A stretch of DNA of 64,000 nucleotides from a virus. Its lineage: Duplodnaviria; Heunggongvirae; Uroviricota; Caudoviricetes. The position numbers were made by a program, and so were the translations under genes. The DNA lies in the IMG/VR virus record IMGVR_UViG_3300045988_145635. One strand, written 5' to 3'. The first letter of the stretch is position 1; each line of letters starts with the position of its first letter. This document shows positions 9,100 through 18,379 of the stretch, piece by piece. A model generated the notes under the pieces. It was not told the origin of the DNA. It saw only the letters and a list, made by a program, of their open reading frames with translations, and searched no databases.

Positions 9100-9741
9100 A
9101 TGTCTAGTATTTCCGAAGCACATATGTTCGCCGCTGGCGCTCATGGTGGCGTTGGTCAGAAAAGAAAATATACCGGCGAAAACTACATCAACCACCCGGT
9201 TGCTGTCCGAGAGATTGTTGCATTGCATGACGGAACCGTGGAGATGCAAATCGCGGCGCTTCTGCATGATGTGGTCGAAGACACCCATGTAACCATAGAG
9301 ATGGTTCGTGATCACTTCGGTGAGCGCGTAGCTGAAATGGTTCAGGCTCTGACCAACATTGCAAGGCCAGAAGACGGCAATCGAATACAGCGTTTCATCA
9401 TCAATGTCCGGGAGCTGGAGCAAAATCTCGACATGCAGACGCGCATGATCAAGCTGGCTGACCTGCTCGACAATACCTCTTCTATCGTGAGTCGCGATCC
9501 TGAGTTTTCAGCTATCTACCTTGCAGAGAAAGAGCTGATGCTGGACGTACTTTTTAACGGGAAGGAGATTGGTGCCAACGCTGATGTTGTCGAGTACATG
9601 GAGAGGATAGGTATAGAACACCCGTTGTTATTAAGCGCAAAGGCGAAAGTCACTGAAGGTATTGCGCTTCTGAAACCGGTACACATCAAACGTTATGAAA
9701 AACACAAATCGCTGATCTGGAGCGCGTGGGAGGCTGCATGA
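9100..9741 (+). CDS. HD-domain small alarmone hydrolase-like protein (RelA/SpoT hydrolase fold)
   Basis: HPVAVREIV ... AALLHDVVEDT matches the (p)ppGpp-hydrolase HD signature; 213 aa single-domain size. Confidence 0.65.
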   Translation: MSSISEAHMFAAGAHGGVGQKRKYTGENYINHPVAVREIVALHDGTVEMQIAALLHDVVEDTHVTIEMVRDHFGERVAEMVQALTNIARPEDGNRIQRFIINVRELEQNLDMQTRMIKLADLLDNTSSIVSRDPEFSAIYLAEKELMLDVLFNGKEIGANADVVEYMERIGIEHPLLLSAKAKVTEGIALLKPVHIKRYEKHKSLIWSAWEAA

Positions 9742-10280
9742 AGGTCGAAAAAATAGATGTTCTTTCCTTTGTGCTGACGGATCTGGAACGCCTCGATCCG
9801 GTTCGAGTGATGATTGAAAACTACGAACCTGGTAAGGGAAGAATCACCATCACCTGCTACGGAAAAGCGTGGACTGCGGCTTGGTTTGCTATGGGCGGTG
9901 ATGATGTGCAGACGTTCATTAAGCGAGTTAGCAACGATTATCTAATCGACAATTTCGACCCTCAACTGCTAAGCACGGTCGACGATGACAACGATGCAAA
10001 TCTGCTTTTCGTAAAGTCAGAAATCATAAAGTTACGAAGAGAGAGAGAAATAGACGCCGTACTGGCTCGCGAAATGTGGGACGAGGCGGAAAACGCCGAT
10101 GACGTAAAAGAAAGCTGCTGTTGTTTCGGCGTCGGTAACAAACTGCTGAATCTCTTTGGTGATGATCCGTGGTATGCCGACTGGCCAACGGTACCAAACC
10201 CGAAATACCAGTATCTGGAACGCATTGTGAACGCGGTACGTGAAGGGCTGAAAGAGTTAGATAAGTTAGAGGCATCGTAA
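9738..10280 (+). CDS. Hypothetical protein
   Basis: ATGA overlap with upstream gene, GGAGG RBS. Confidence 0.5.
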   Translation: MKVEKIDVLSFVLTDLERLDPVRVMIENYEPGKGRITITCYGKAWTAAWFAMGGDDVQTFIKRVSNDYLIDNFDPQLLSTVDDDNDANLLFVKSEIIKLRREREIDAVLAREMWDEAENADDVKESCCCFGVGNKLLNLFGDDPWYADWPTVPNPKYQYLERIVNAVREGLKELDKLEAS

Positions 10281-10723
10281 TGAGAGAGAAAATCAAGAAC
10301 CCGGTCGTCGTATTGTATAAACGGGAAACCAGCGATTCTTATGCGGTATCCATCACTGATGGAAGCCAGAACATGCACGATGGTCTGCTAATGGCCTCCG
10401 TATCTCCTGATGATTCTGACTACCCTTTCGCCACTTTCGCTATGGTTGGTTACTACATGGCTGCCGAAATTGAGAAGTTGCGTGTTGAGCTGGAGACCGT
10501 TAAACAGCGGGAAAAGGATCTGTTTATGGAAAATGTTCGACTTAAGTCAGGTATAGCAGGTCTGATACACCTCGGTATTCGATATGCGGATGTCGAAGTC
10601 ATGAAAATAGCTGGAGATGCCCAGCTTTCTACTCCCTGTACTGACAGCATCATAAACAGTATTGCATCAGGCGTTTTCACCAAAGAGGGTCAGCATGATG
10701 AGAACAGTAGAAGTTCGCGCTGA
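10280..10723 (+). CDS. Hypothetical protein
   Basis: TAATG overlap with upstream gene. Confidence 0.5.
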   Translation: MREKIKNPVVVLYKRETSDSYAVSITDGSQNMHDGLLMASVSPDDSDYPFATFAMVGYYMAAEIEKLRVELETVKQREKDLFMENVRLKSGIAGLIHLGIRYADVEVMKIAGDAQLSTPCTDSIINSIASGVFTKEGQHDENSRSSR

Positions 10724-10883
10724 AGATGTAATCCCAGGTGATGTGGTCATAACATCTAAAGGCAAACGATGTGCGGTTAAATCTTTCTGGATGGAAGGTG
10801 ACAAAGTGACTCTGTTCGGTACAGATGGTTCCGAAACGGATTATGACTACGACGAATTGCTTGTTGTTGAGAGAGCTATCTAA
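10695..10883 (+). CDS. Hypothetical small protein
   Basis: AGAGGG RBS before ATGATG; overlaps the end of the upstream gene. Confidence 0.4.
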   Translation: MMRTVEVRAEDVIPGDVVITSKGKRCAVKSFWMEGDKVTLFGTDGSETDYDYDELLVVERAI

Positions 10884-11536
10884 TGACCACCGTTAACAAT
10901 AAGAAATGCTACCCAAGCGAGAAATATCTTAATGAGCTGATCACCAACATTGAGTTTGCTGCAAGGGCACCAGTTGAAGTCGTGAGAGCGATTGCAGCAG
11001 AGCTACAGAAGCACCGTAAGGCCTATGCCAATACAGCAGCAACTAAGGATGGTTGGATAAGCTGTAGTGAGCGAATGCCTGTAATTGGCGAGCTAAATTG
11101 GAGAACTAGTTTTCCTTTACTGGTTACGTGTGAGATCGGCGTTATACCTGCTTATTACGGCTTTGTGAGCGTTAATGGTGATAGGCATTATGGCTTTATG
11201 GAGAGTCTTAAATACGGAGACGATAACGGCAACCATCCTCAAACTAATGAATATGGTCTGATTAGCAATGTCACACACTGGATGCCACTACCAGAACGCC
11301 GCAGGAGTCGAACAGTGAATAAAGCAGAGTTATTTCAGAAAATATCGGCTCTCGCGACTGAATGCCACGCTATAGCATCTGAGCTTGATGTTGGCGATGA
11401 ACGAACCGAGATGTTCGAAATATACAGTGTGCTGCGCAATCTCTGTCGGCGTGGCTACGCCACTCAAGTAGGGCGAATGACTAACCCACTACTCTCATCC
11501 TGTGATGAGGATGACTCGGATGAGGATGACGAATGA
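10883..11536 (+). CDS. DUF551-like phage protein with acidic C-terminal tail
   Basis: WISCSERMP ... THWMPLPE resembles the DUF551 signature as I recall it; TAATG coupling. Confidence 0.45.
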   Translation: MTTVNNKKCYPSEKYLNELITNIEFAARAPVEVVRAIAAELQKHRKAYANTAATKDGWISCSERMPVIGELNWRTSFPLLVTCEIGVIPAYYGFVSVNGDRHYGFMESLKYGDDNGNHPQTNEYGLISNVTHWMPLPERRRSRTVNKAELFQKISALATECHAIASELDVGDERTEMFEIYSVLRNLCRRGYATQVGRMTNPLLSSCDEDDSDEDDE

Positions 11537-11916
11537 TGCATAAATCAGTAGCCGGTGAGTTTCAGAAGGAAGTCGATAATACCACTGATCTATTGGACGA
11601 TATTTTAAGCATTCTCGCGCTGCTTGAGGCTGGCGATTGGTCAGAACATTGCACTAAAACAGAGCTAGGCGGTCGGCTTGAAAGAGAGATTACACGACTG
11701 ATTAGCGATGCCCAAAATGATTTGTCACCTGAGCATCTCCCCTGCGATGTAGTTCTTGTGCCAGGGATGAGGATACACGAAGGCGTCAGAACGAAAACAT
11801 TATTAACCGCATTACAGAGAAGAGCCGAACTAAGCTCGCGGATAAAGTTGATGCCATCCAAAATATTTGATGTCGTCAAATTTATGCCATCGCAACATAC
11901 TGAGAGAGATAAATGA
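11533..11916 (+). CDS. Hypothetical protein
   Basis: ATGA overlap with upstream gene. Confidence 0.5.
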   Translation: MMHKSVAGEFQKEVDNTTDLLDDILSILALLEAGDWSEHCTKTELGGRLEREITRLISDAQNDLSPEHLPCDVVLVPGMRIHEGVRTKTLLTALQRRAELSSRIKLMPSKIFDVVKFMPSQHTERDK

Positions 11917-12539
11917 GCACGGTAGCGAAAGATCTCACAGAAGATATTCTCAATGAAATTATTGCTGGTGCAAATACCTCGCTTGAGCAACTTCTTGCGT
12001 TAGCACTGAGAGCCGAACGTCGAGACAGAAATCGTTTTTATGAGCGATTACCAGGGAAGCGACCAGATAGATCGGATGAAGAAGGTTGCGATATAGACTA
12101 CATGGAGCCTTCAGAGATTTATCAACTTGGTAAAGATGACGGCTGGAACGCTTATCACGATGCTGTGATGAAGTTGGATGAAAAAGTTAAACCTCTTTCT
12201 CGACCGGTAGATCACGGTTTCCGCGATAACTGCGAATGCTCTAGTTGCCAGACCACGGCCCGTATTTGTTCCGAATTGACAGATAAGTCCAGCCTAATCT
12301 ACGAAGTTAATGTAGGCGGTAATACATGGGTCGAATGCACAAGAGCTGCATACGTAAGAGCAAAAGACAAGGGTGAATTAACCAGAGTTGTTACCAATCA
12401 CCCAAATAATGAGCTTAAAGATCACCAGATTCGAGAACTGGTGAACGAGTTGAGAGATATTGCGGTTCAGTACCACGGAACGCAGCAATTGCGGGAGAAG
12501 ATTGCCAGAGCAGTGAACAACTCAGTCCGTAAAAAATAA
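11913..12539 (+). CDS. Hypothetical protein
   Basis: ATGA overlap with upstream gene; followed by a hairpin terminator. Confidence 0.5.
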   Translation: MSTVAKDLTEDILNEIIAGANTSLEQLLALALRAERRDRNRFYERLPGKRPDRSDEEGCDIDYMEPSEIYQLGKDDGWNAYHDAVMKLDEKVKPLSRPVDHGFRDNCECSSCQTTARICSELTDKSSLIYEVNVGGNTWVECTRAAYVRAKDKGELTRVVTNHPNNELKDHQIRELVNELRDIAVQYHGTQQLREKIARAVNNSVRKK

Positions 12540-12556
12540 GCAATAGTACGATAAAG

Positions 12557-12583
12557 AGGCCCCATGCTCTTGATGGGGCCTGT
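12557..12583 (+). terminator. Factor-independent terminator closing the left-arm operon
   Basis: AGGCCCCA-loop-TGGGGCCT stem followed by a T. Confidence 0.5.
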
Positions 12584-13304
12584 AGCAACTAGCGTTATGG
12601 ACGCTGGTTTACGTACTCAATGATCGCTTTGATAATCGCGAACATCGGCGGCACGATTTTGAACAGTAAGTTAACCATAACAGGCCTCACTTAGTTTTAT
12701 CGCGCCTAGCTGCAAATACCTTTGGGCTTGCCTTTGCAGTTGCAATATCTGTAGTCGCCAGATACTTACGGCACGATTTCGAGTTAAGGTAAGGTTTTAG
12801 AGTCACCAAAAACCTGGACTTAAATCTTCTTTGAGAACAACGATGTTTAGTAAATGGTCATTATTACCTGGTATGACCACTCAACGTTTCTTGATGAATC
12901 CAGTACATTCGGTTAATCTTAATTCAGTCGCCAGATACTTATGGCTCAGGAACAGAGCCGCAAACTCTGTTTCCTTTTAAAAAGCCCAGCCTAGTCAACT
13001 GGGCTTTTTAATGTCTATTTTTAACCCAATGAACCTTCAATACCGCAACATCAGTGTCTTGCGAATTAAGATAGTGTGTATAGGTTATGCATGCAAGTGC
13101 ATAACTCTGTGGATAACTCAGGAAGGAAAAAGTAGCTTCCGCGCAATTTAGGCCAGACAAGGCTTTCGCAAAAGTCAACAGAGAGAAAAAATTTGTTAAA
13201 AATAACGTTTGTTGGAATTGTATATATTTATGCCTTTCAATAGTTAGCATCTTATTAACATCTTTTTTAAGAGATAGAGTTCAAAAATATATAGCTTCAA
13301 CATA

Positions 13305-13324
13305 TACTGTATGTGTATACAGTA
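13305..13324 (+). promoter_or_regulatory. LexA (SOS) box
   Basis: TACTGTATGTGTATACAGTA fits CTGT-N8-ACAG; 17 nt upstream of the UmuD-prime-like start. Confidence 0.65.
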
Positions 13325-13340
13325 TTAAGAGGCGAGTATT

Positions 13341-13730
13341 ATGGGCTTCCCTTCTCCTGCGGCGGATTATGCTGAGAGCCGTATTTCTCTTGATCAGCAG
13401 ATAATTAGACATCCTTCAGCGACCTACTTCATGAGGGCAGCTGATAGTCATCATCGTGAGGGAATATTGCAGGGCGCATTGCTGGTGGTCGATTCCTCAC
13501 TTACCCCGGTTGATGGTTCTCTGCTTGTATGCGCTCTGGATGGGGAATATCGCGTAAAAAGATACCGGAAGTATCCACGTCAGCATCTGGAGGATTTAAG
13601 AACTGGTAAGAAGGAAGCATTGCCAAAGGATGACGATGGATGCACGGGCAGCAATGCCGTGTTTGGTGTGATCACTCACATTATCAACGACGCAAGAAGT
13701 GGCGAGTTTGATGATTGTCCTGTGATGTAG
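13341..13730 (+). CDS. UmuD-prime-like S24 peptidase-family protein (HumD-like, pre-truncated UmuD mimic)
   Basis: Begins MGFPSPAADY, i.e. at the position of the UmuD self-cleavage site; conserved Ser (ADS) and Lys (VKRYRK) positions; SOS box upstream. Confidence 0.7.
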   Translation: MGFPSPAADYAESRISLDQQIIRHPSATYFMRAADSHHREGILQGALLVVDSSLTPVDGSLLVCALDGEYRVKRYRKYPRQHLEDLRTGKKEALPKDDDGCTGSNAVFGVITHIINDARSGEFDDCPVM

Positions 13731-13767
13731 GAGAACTGTTTAGGTGGTGCAATGCACCACCTTTTTA

Positions 13768-14868
13768 TCACACTGCGCGGAATGCGATTTCGCCAGGTAT
13801 TACTTCACCTTGCCAATACATTTGGGCAGCAACGCGATCTGCGAGGTCACGATAAATAGCCGTAAATTCGCTATCTGGACGACTAATAACGGTTGGTGTT
13901 CCGTTATCCAGATCTTCACGAAGAGAGATATGAAGTGGCATTTGGCCTAACAACTGCGTGTTGTATTTCTCGGCCAGTTTCTGTGCGCCACCGGTGCCAA
14001 AAATTGGCTCGTGATGACCGCAGTTACTGCAAATATGCACACTCATGTTTTCGACGATACCCAGTACCGGCACTTCGACTTTTTCGAACATCACAATGCC
14101 TTTCTTCGCATCGATCAGCGCGATGTCTTGCGGCGTAGTTACCACAACCGCACCAGTTACAGGAATGTTCTGCGCCAGCGTCAACTGAATATCACCAGTG
14201 CCCGGCGGCATATCGAGAACGAGATAGTCCAGATCAGGCCATAGAGTTTCCTGCAACATCTGCATCAGCGCCTTGCTGGCCATCGGTCCACGCCACACCA
14301 TTGCATTGTCGTCGGTGACCAGATAACCAATAGAGTTGGTTGCCAGGCCATGAGACATGATAGGTGCCATGTGAGTACCGTCCGGTGAGGTTGGACGTTG
14401 GTTTTCCGCGCCCAGCATGGTTGGAATTGATGGACCATAGATATCGGCATCCAAAATACCAACTTTCGCACCTTCAGCAGCCAACGCCAGTGCCAGATTT
14501 ACCGCCGTGGAGGATTTACCTACGCCGCCCTTGCCTGAGCTGACGGCGATAATGTTCTTAACGCCATTAATGCCTGGTTGGTTTTTGACGCGCTTAAGCG
14601 TGGCAATGTTGTACGACAGCTTCCAGTCAATAGCCTTTGCGCCAGTGATACGGAGCAGATCACCACTACATTGCTCTTTCAGGTCTTCAAAAGGCTTATT
14701 CCACACGAAAGGCATGATTAGTTCGACATGCAGTGTGTCATCCATCAACGCAACATGGTGTAACGCTTTAAGCGTAGTCAGGTTGTGTTTCAGGGTTGGG
14801 TGCTGAAAATTAGCCAGCGTACCGGCTACCATTGCTCTCAGGGCATCCGGCGATTTGGACTCGCTCAT
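13768..14868 (-). CDS. apbC: Fe-S cluster carrier ATPase ApbC (Mrp)
   Basis: 366 aa; Walker A SSGKGGVGKSS, CxxC (CSNCGH); near-identical over its length to enterobacterial Mrp as I recall it. Confidence 0.93.
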   Translation of the reverse strand: MSESKSPDALRAMVAGTLANFQHPTLKHNLTTLKALHHVALMDDTLHVELIMPFVWNKPFEDLKEQCSGDLLRITGAKAIDWKLSYNIATLKRVKNQPGINGVKNIIAVSSGKGGVGKSSTAVNLALALAAEGAKVGILDADIYGPSIPTMLGAENQRPTSPDGTHMAPIMSHGLATNSIGYLVTDDNAMVWRGPMASKALMQMLQETLWPDLDYLVLDMPPGTGDIQLTLAQNIPVTGAVVVTTPQDIALIDAKKGIVMFEKVEVPVLGIVENMSVHICSNCGHHEPIFGTGGAQKLAEKYNTQLLGQMPLHISLREDLDNGTPTVISRPDSEFTAIYRDLADRVAAQMYWQGEVIPGEIAFRAV

Positions 14869-15025
14869 CCCGTCTCCTTTATTTTAATTTGCGCAATTGT
14901 CGCCTTGTAGTGTACTCCAGCTACGACATTTAATCATTTATGAGAAATGCTGTTATCACATGGCAGACATAAGGCCATTTTGTTACTATCAAGCCCCTTT
15001 TCACTACAAAGAAGTAATGCCTACT

Positions 15026-17059
15026 ATGACCCAAGTCGCGAAGAAAATTCTGGTGACGTGCGCGCTGCCGTACGCTAACGGCTCAATCCACCTCGGCCAT
15101 ATGCTGGAGCACATCCAGGCTGATGTCTGGGTTCGTTACCAGCGAATGCGCGGCCACGAGGTTAATTTCATCTGTGCCGACGATGCCCACGGTACGCCGA
15201 TCATGCTGAAAGCGCAGCAGCTTGGTATCACACCGGAGCAGATGATTGGCGAAATGAGTCAGGAACACCAGACTGATTTCGCAGGCTTTAACATCAGCTA
15301 TGACAACTATCACTCGACGCACAGCGAAGAGAACCGTCAGTTGTCTGAGCTTATCTATACTCGCCTGAAAGAGAACGGTTTTATTAAAAACCGCACTATC
15401 TCTCAGTTGTACGACCCGGAAAAAGGCATGTTCCTGCCGGATCGTTTTGTAAAAGGCACCTGCCCGAAATGTAAAGCGCCAGATCAATACGGCGATAACT
15501 GTGAAGTCTGCGGCGCAACATATAGCCCGACTGAATTGATCGAGCCGAAATCGGTGGTTTCTGGCGCTACCCCGGTAATGCGTGATTCCGAACACTTCTT
15601 CTTTGATCTGCCTTCTTTCAGCGAAATGTTGCAGGCATGGACCCGCAGCGGCGCGTTGCAGGAGCAGGTGGCGAACAAAATGCAGGAATGGTTTGAATCC
15701 GGCCTGCAACAGTGGGATATCTCCCGCGATGCGCCTTACTTCGGTTTTGAAATTCCGGACGCGCCGGGCAAATATTTCTACGTCTGGCTGGACGCGCCGA
15801 TTGGCTACATGGGTTCCTTCAAGAATCTGTGCGACAAGCGCGGCGATACCACCAGCTTCGATGAATACTGGAAGAAAGACTCCACCGCCGAGCTGTACCA
15901 CTTCATCGGTAAAGATATTGTTTACTTCCACAGCCTGTTCTGGCCTGCCATGCTGGAAGGCAGCAACTTCCGCAAGCCGACCAACCTGTTTGTTCACGGC
16001 TATGTGACAGTGAACGGCGCGAAGATGTCCAAGTCTCGCGGTACCTTTATTAAAGCCAGCACCTGGCTGAATCATTTTGACGCCGACAGCCTGCGTTACT
16101 ACTACACTGCGAAACTCTCTTCGCGCATTGATGATATCGATCTCAACCTGGAGGATTTCGTTCAGCGCGTGAATGCCGATATCGTGAACAAAGTGGTTAA
16201 CCTGGCCTCCCGTAATGCAGGCTTTATCAACAAGCGTTTTGACGGCGTGCTGGCAAGCGAACTGGCTGACCCGCAACTGTACAAAACCTTTACTGATGCC
16301 GCTGAAGTGATTGGCGAAGCATGGGAAAGCCGCGAATTTGGTAAAGCTATCCGTGAAATCATGGCATTGGCTGACCTGGCTAACCGCTATGTCGATGAAC
16401 AGGCTCCGTGGGTGGTGGCGAAGCAGGAAGGGCGCGATGCCGATCTGCAGGCGATTTGCTCTATGGGCATTAACCTGTTCCGCGTGCTGATGACGTACCT
16501 GAAACCGGTACTGCCGAAACTGACTGAACGTGCAGAAGCATTCCTGAATACAGAACTGACCTGGGATGGTATCCAGCAACCGCTGCTGGGCCATAAAGTG
16601 AATCCGTTCAAGGCACTGTATAACCGTATCGATATGAAACAGGTGGAAGCACTGGTGGAAGCATCCAAAGAAGAAGTGAAAGCCACAGCCGCACCGGTAA
16701 CTGGCCCACTGGCTGACGACCCGATTCAGGAAACCATCACCTTTGACGACTTCGCCAAAGTTGACCTGCGTGTGGCGCTGATTGAAAACGCGGAGTTTGT
16801 TGAAGGCTCTGACAAACTGCTGCGTCTGACACTGGATCTCGGTGGGGAAAAGCGTAATGTCTTCTCAGGCATCCGTTCTGCTTATCCCGACCCACAGGCA
16901 TTGATTGGTCGTCACACCATTATGGTGGCTAACCTGGCTCCGCGTAAAATGCGCTTCGGTATCTCCGAAGGCATGGTGATGGCTGCTGGCCCCGGCGGGA
17001 AAGATATCTTCCTGTTAAGCCCGGATGCTGGTGCTAAACCTGGCCACCAGGTTAAGTAA
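15026..17059 (+). CDS. metG: Methionine--tRNA ligase
   Basis: HIGH motif (ANGSIHLGH), KMSKS motif, zinc knuckles CPKC/CEVC, C-terminal tRNA-binding domain; start chosen at [11 protein letters not shown] (the ORF-track start at 14897 is an upstream extension). Confidence 0.96.
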   Translation: MTQVAKKILVTCALPYANGSIHLGHMLEHIQADVWVRYQRMRGHEVNFICADDAHGTPIMLKAQQLGITPEQMIGEMSQEHQTDFAGFNISYDNYHSTHSEENRQLSELIYTRLKENGFIKNRTISQLYDPEKGMFLPDRFVKGTCPKCKAPDQYGDNCEVCGATYSPTELIEPKSVVSGATPVMRDSEHFFFDLPSFSEMLQAWTRSGALQEQVANKMQEWFESGLQQWDISRDAPYFGFEIPDAPGKYFYVWLDAPIGYMGSFKNLCDKRGDTTSFDEYWKKDSTAELYHFIGKDIVYFHSLFWPAMLEGSNFRKPTNLFVHGYVTVNGAKMSKSRGTFIKASTWLNHFDADSLRYYYTAKLSSRIDDIDLNLEDFVQRVNADIVNKVVNLASRNAGFINKRFDGVLASELADPQLYKTFTDAAEVIGEAWESREFGKAIREIMALADLANRYVDEQAPWVVAKQEGRDADLQAICSMGINLFRVLMTYLKPVLPKLTERAEAFLNTELTWDGIQQPLLGHKVNPFKALYNRIDMKQVEALVEASKEEVKATAAPVTGPLADDPIQETITFDDFAKVDLRVALIENAEFVEGSDKLLRLTLDLGGEKRNVFSGIRSAYPDPQALIGRHTIMVANLAPRKMRFGISEGMVMAAGPGGKDIFLLSPDAGAKPGHQVK

Positions 17060-17079
17060 TTAAACAACCTCTGTTCGCA

Positions 17080-17106
17080 ATGCCCGGCAACACGCTGGGC
17101 ATTTTC
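17080..17106 (+). terminator. metG terminator
   Basis: ATGCCC-loop-GGGCAT hairpin followed by TTTT. Confidence 0.5.
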
Positions 17107-17142
17107 ATATAGACACAATCCCTTCTGATTTACGCATACCCT

Positions 17143-17210
17143 AAAACAATTTGTTTTCTGCCTTTTGTTAATTGAGATAATAAGCCACATAAGAAAACAA
17201 ATTGTTTCGG
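17143..17210 (+). promoter_or_regulatory. Paired operator motif A sites (AAAACAATTTGTTTT and AAGAAAACAAATTGTTT) flanking a GATAAT -10-like hexamer
   Basis: Two palindromes 48 bp apart immediately upstream of the 17221 start. Confidence 0.55.
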
Positions 17211-17220
17211 AGTGGTTGAA

Positions 17221-17520
17221 ATGTTGAACATTACCCAAGCCTACCAGGTGGCATTGATCAGTTCATCTCATACATCAGAGGAAGATGCTCGTCGATTCAT
17301 GATCGCAAGCAATGAGCTGGATTGGGTTTCGCAAATTGACGGCGGTTGTATTGTCCACGCCGGGTTACAGGATGATGTCTGGAAAGACGACTTGCGTCGA
17401 TATGGTATATCCGAAGGCGCGATTGCTAACATTCAGAAAGTACTTGATGTAGGCTTTGACTCTGTACATTTTGATTGTGGTGCGCCGGTCGTTGAAGGGC
17501 TTGAGTGCTGGAACTGGTAA
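17221..17520 (+). CDS. Hypothetical protein
   Basis: ATG with GGAGTGG spacer; first cassette of right arm. Confidence 0.5.
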   Translation: MLNITQAYQVALISSSHTSEEDARRFMIASNELDWVSQIDGGCIVHAGLQDDVWKDDLRRYGISEGAIANIQKVLDVGFDSVHFDCGAPVVEGLECWNW

Positions 17521-17565
17521 CAGATATTAAAGCATTGGTAGTTTGTTTTTAGGATTATCAAAGAA

Positions 17566-18300
17566 ATGAAAAAGTTGAAAAGTTTAGAAATCCCTGGGAC
17601 TGGTTATAAATTCTTTATGGACAACGCGGAGTGTGCACCTAACGCGTTGGAAAAAATACAAAGTCTTATCAACAGCCTTACTGAAGAAGCGAAAGAACTG
17701 AAGAGCGAGGCGACAAAGGACAATACAGCTAAAATCCAATGCTTAAATCTCGTTTCTTATTGTTTATATCAAGTGTCCAAGACACTGATTAAAGGCAATA
17801 TCTATTACGACGATGAAGACACCTCGACACCTGAAGAAAAAGATAGCGATGAAGAACTCTATGAAGATATCTCTACTAGTGCGGGTCACGCTGCCTTCGA
17901 TGCTATGGGTAAATCGTCAGGCATCAGATCATTTGTTGAACAGAACAATTCGACAATAATGATTGAGTACTGTGAACAAACAAGCTCCAAGGCCATACAT
18001 GTTCTTCACGATGTTGCTGCAGGGGTTCGCTGTGAGGCTGAAGCGGTCAGAAAAGATGTATTTGGTGCAGACAGTAATACCGTGAAAGCGTTCATCAACA
18101 GTGCTCTGCTAAATTCTTACTCAAACCTTATCGTCAATGCGGCACTATGCGCAAATTCTGGTGAAGAACACATTGTCATAACCGAAACCAAATATGAGCA
18201 TCAACAGTCACCAACCATAGAAGAGGTAACTGCATTGGCTATCAAACAGGCGAGTGAAATTAGTGATGAAATTCTCTCTCTGCTAAACAAAACTAAGTAA
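17566..18300 (+). CDS. Hypothetical protein
   Basis: 244-aa ORF; no motif recognised. Confidence 0.5.
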   Translation: MKKLKSLEIPGTGYKFFMDNAECAPNALEKIQSLINSLTEEAKELKSEATKDNTAKIQCLNLVSYCLYQVSKTLIKGNIYYDDEDTSTPEEKDSDEELYEDISTSAGHAAFDAMGKSSGIRSFVEQNNSTIMIEYCEQTSSKAIHVLHDVAAGVRCEAEAVRKDVFGADSNTVKAFINSALLNSYSNLIVNAALCANSGEEHIVITETKYEHQQSPTIEEVTALAIKQASEISDEILSLLNKTK

Positions 18301-18379
18301 AACATTGATAATGGCGGTCACAATTTGATTCTTTTCTATAAGAATCCGTTGATCGCCACTACTCCCCTTCCATGCCTGG

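Larger units (their letters stand above)
1..12583 (+). mobile_element. Left arm of phage/phage-plasmid-like element (continues upstream of window)
   Basis: Uniformly plus-strand, translationally coupled small genes, phage-type methyltransferases, same operator motif families as right arm. Confidence 0.55.

Noticed and set aside
15083-16594. 503-aa minus-strand ORF inside metG
   Set aside because: Antisense to a highly conserved core gene; protein is Arg/Ala/Val-rich with no motifs; typical antisense artefact of a GC-balanced gene
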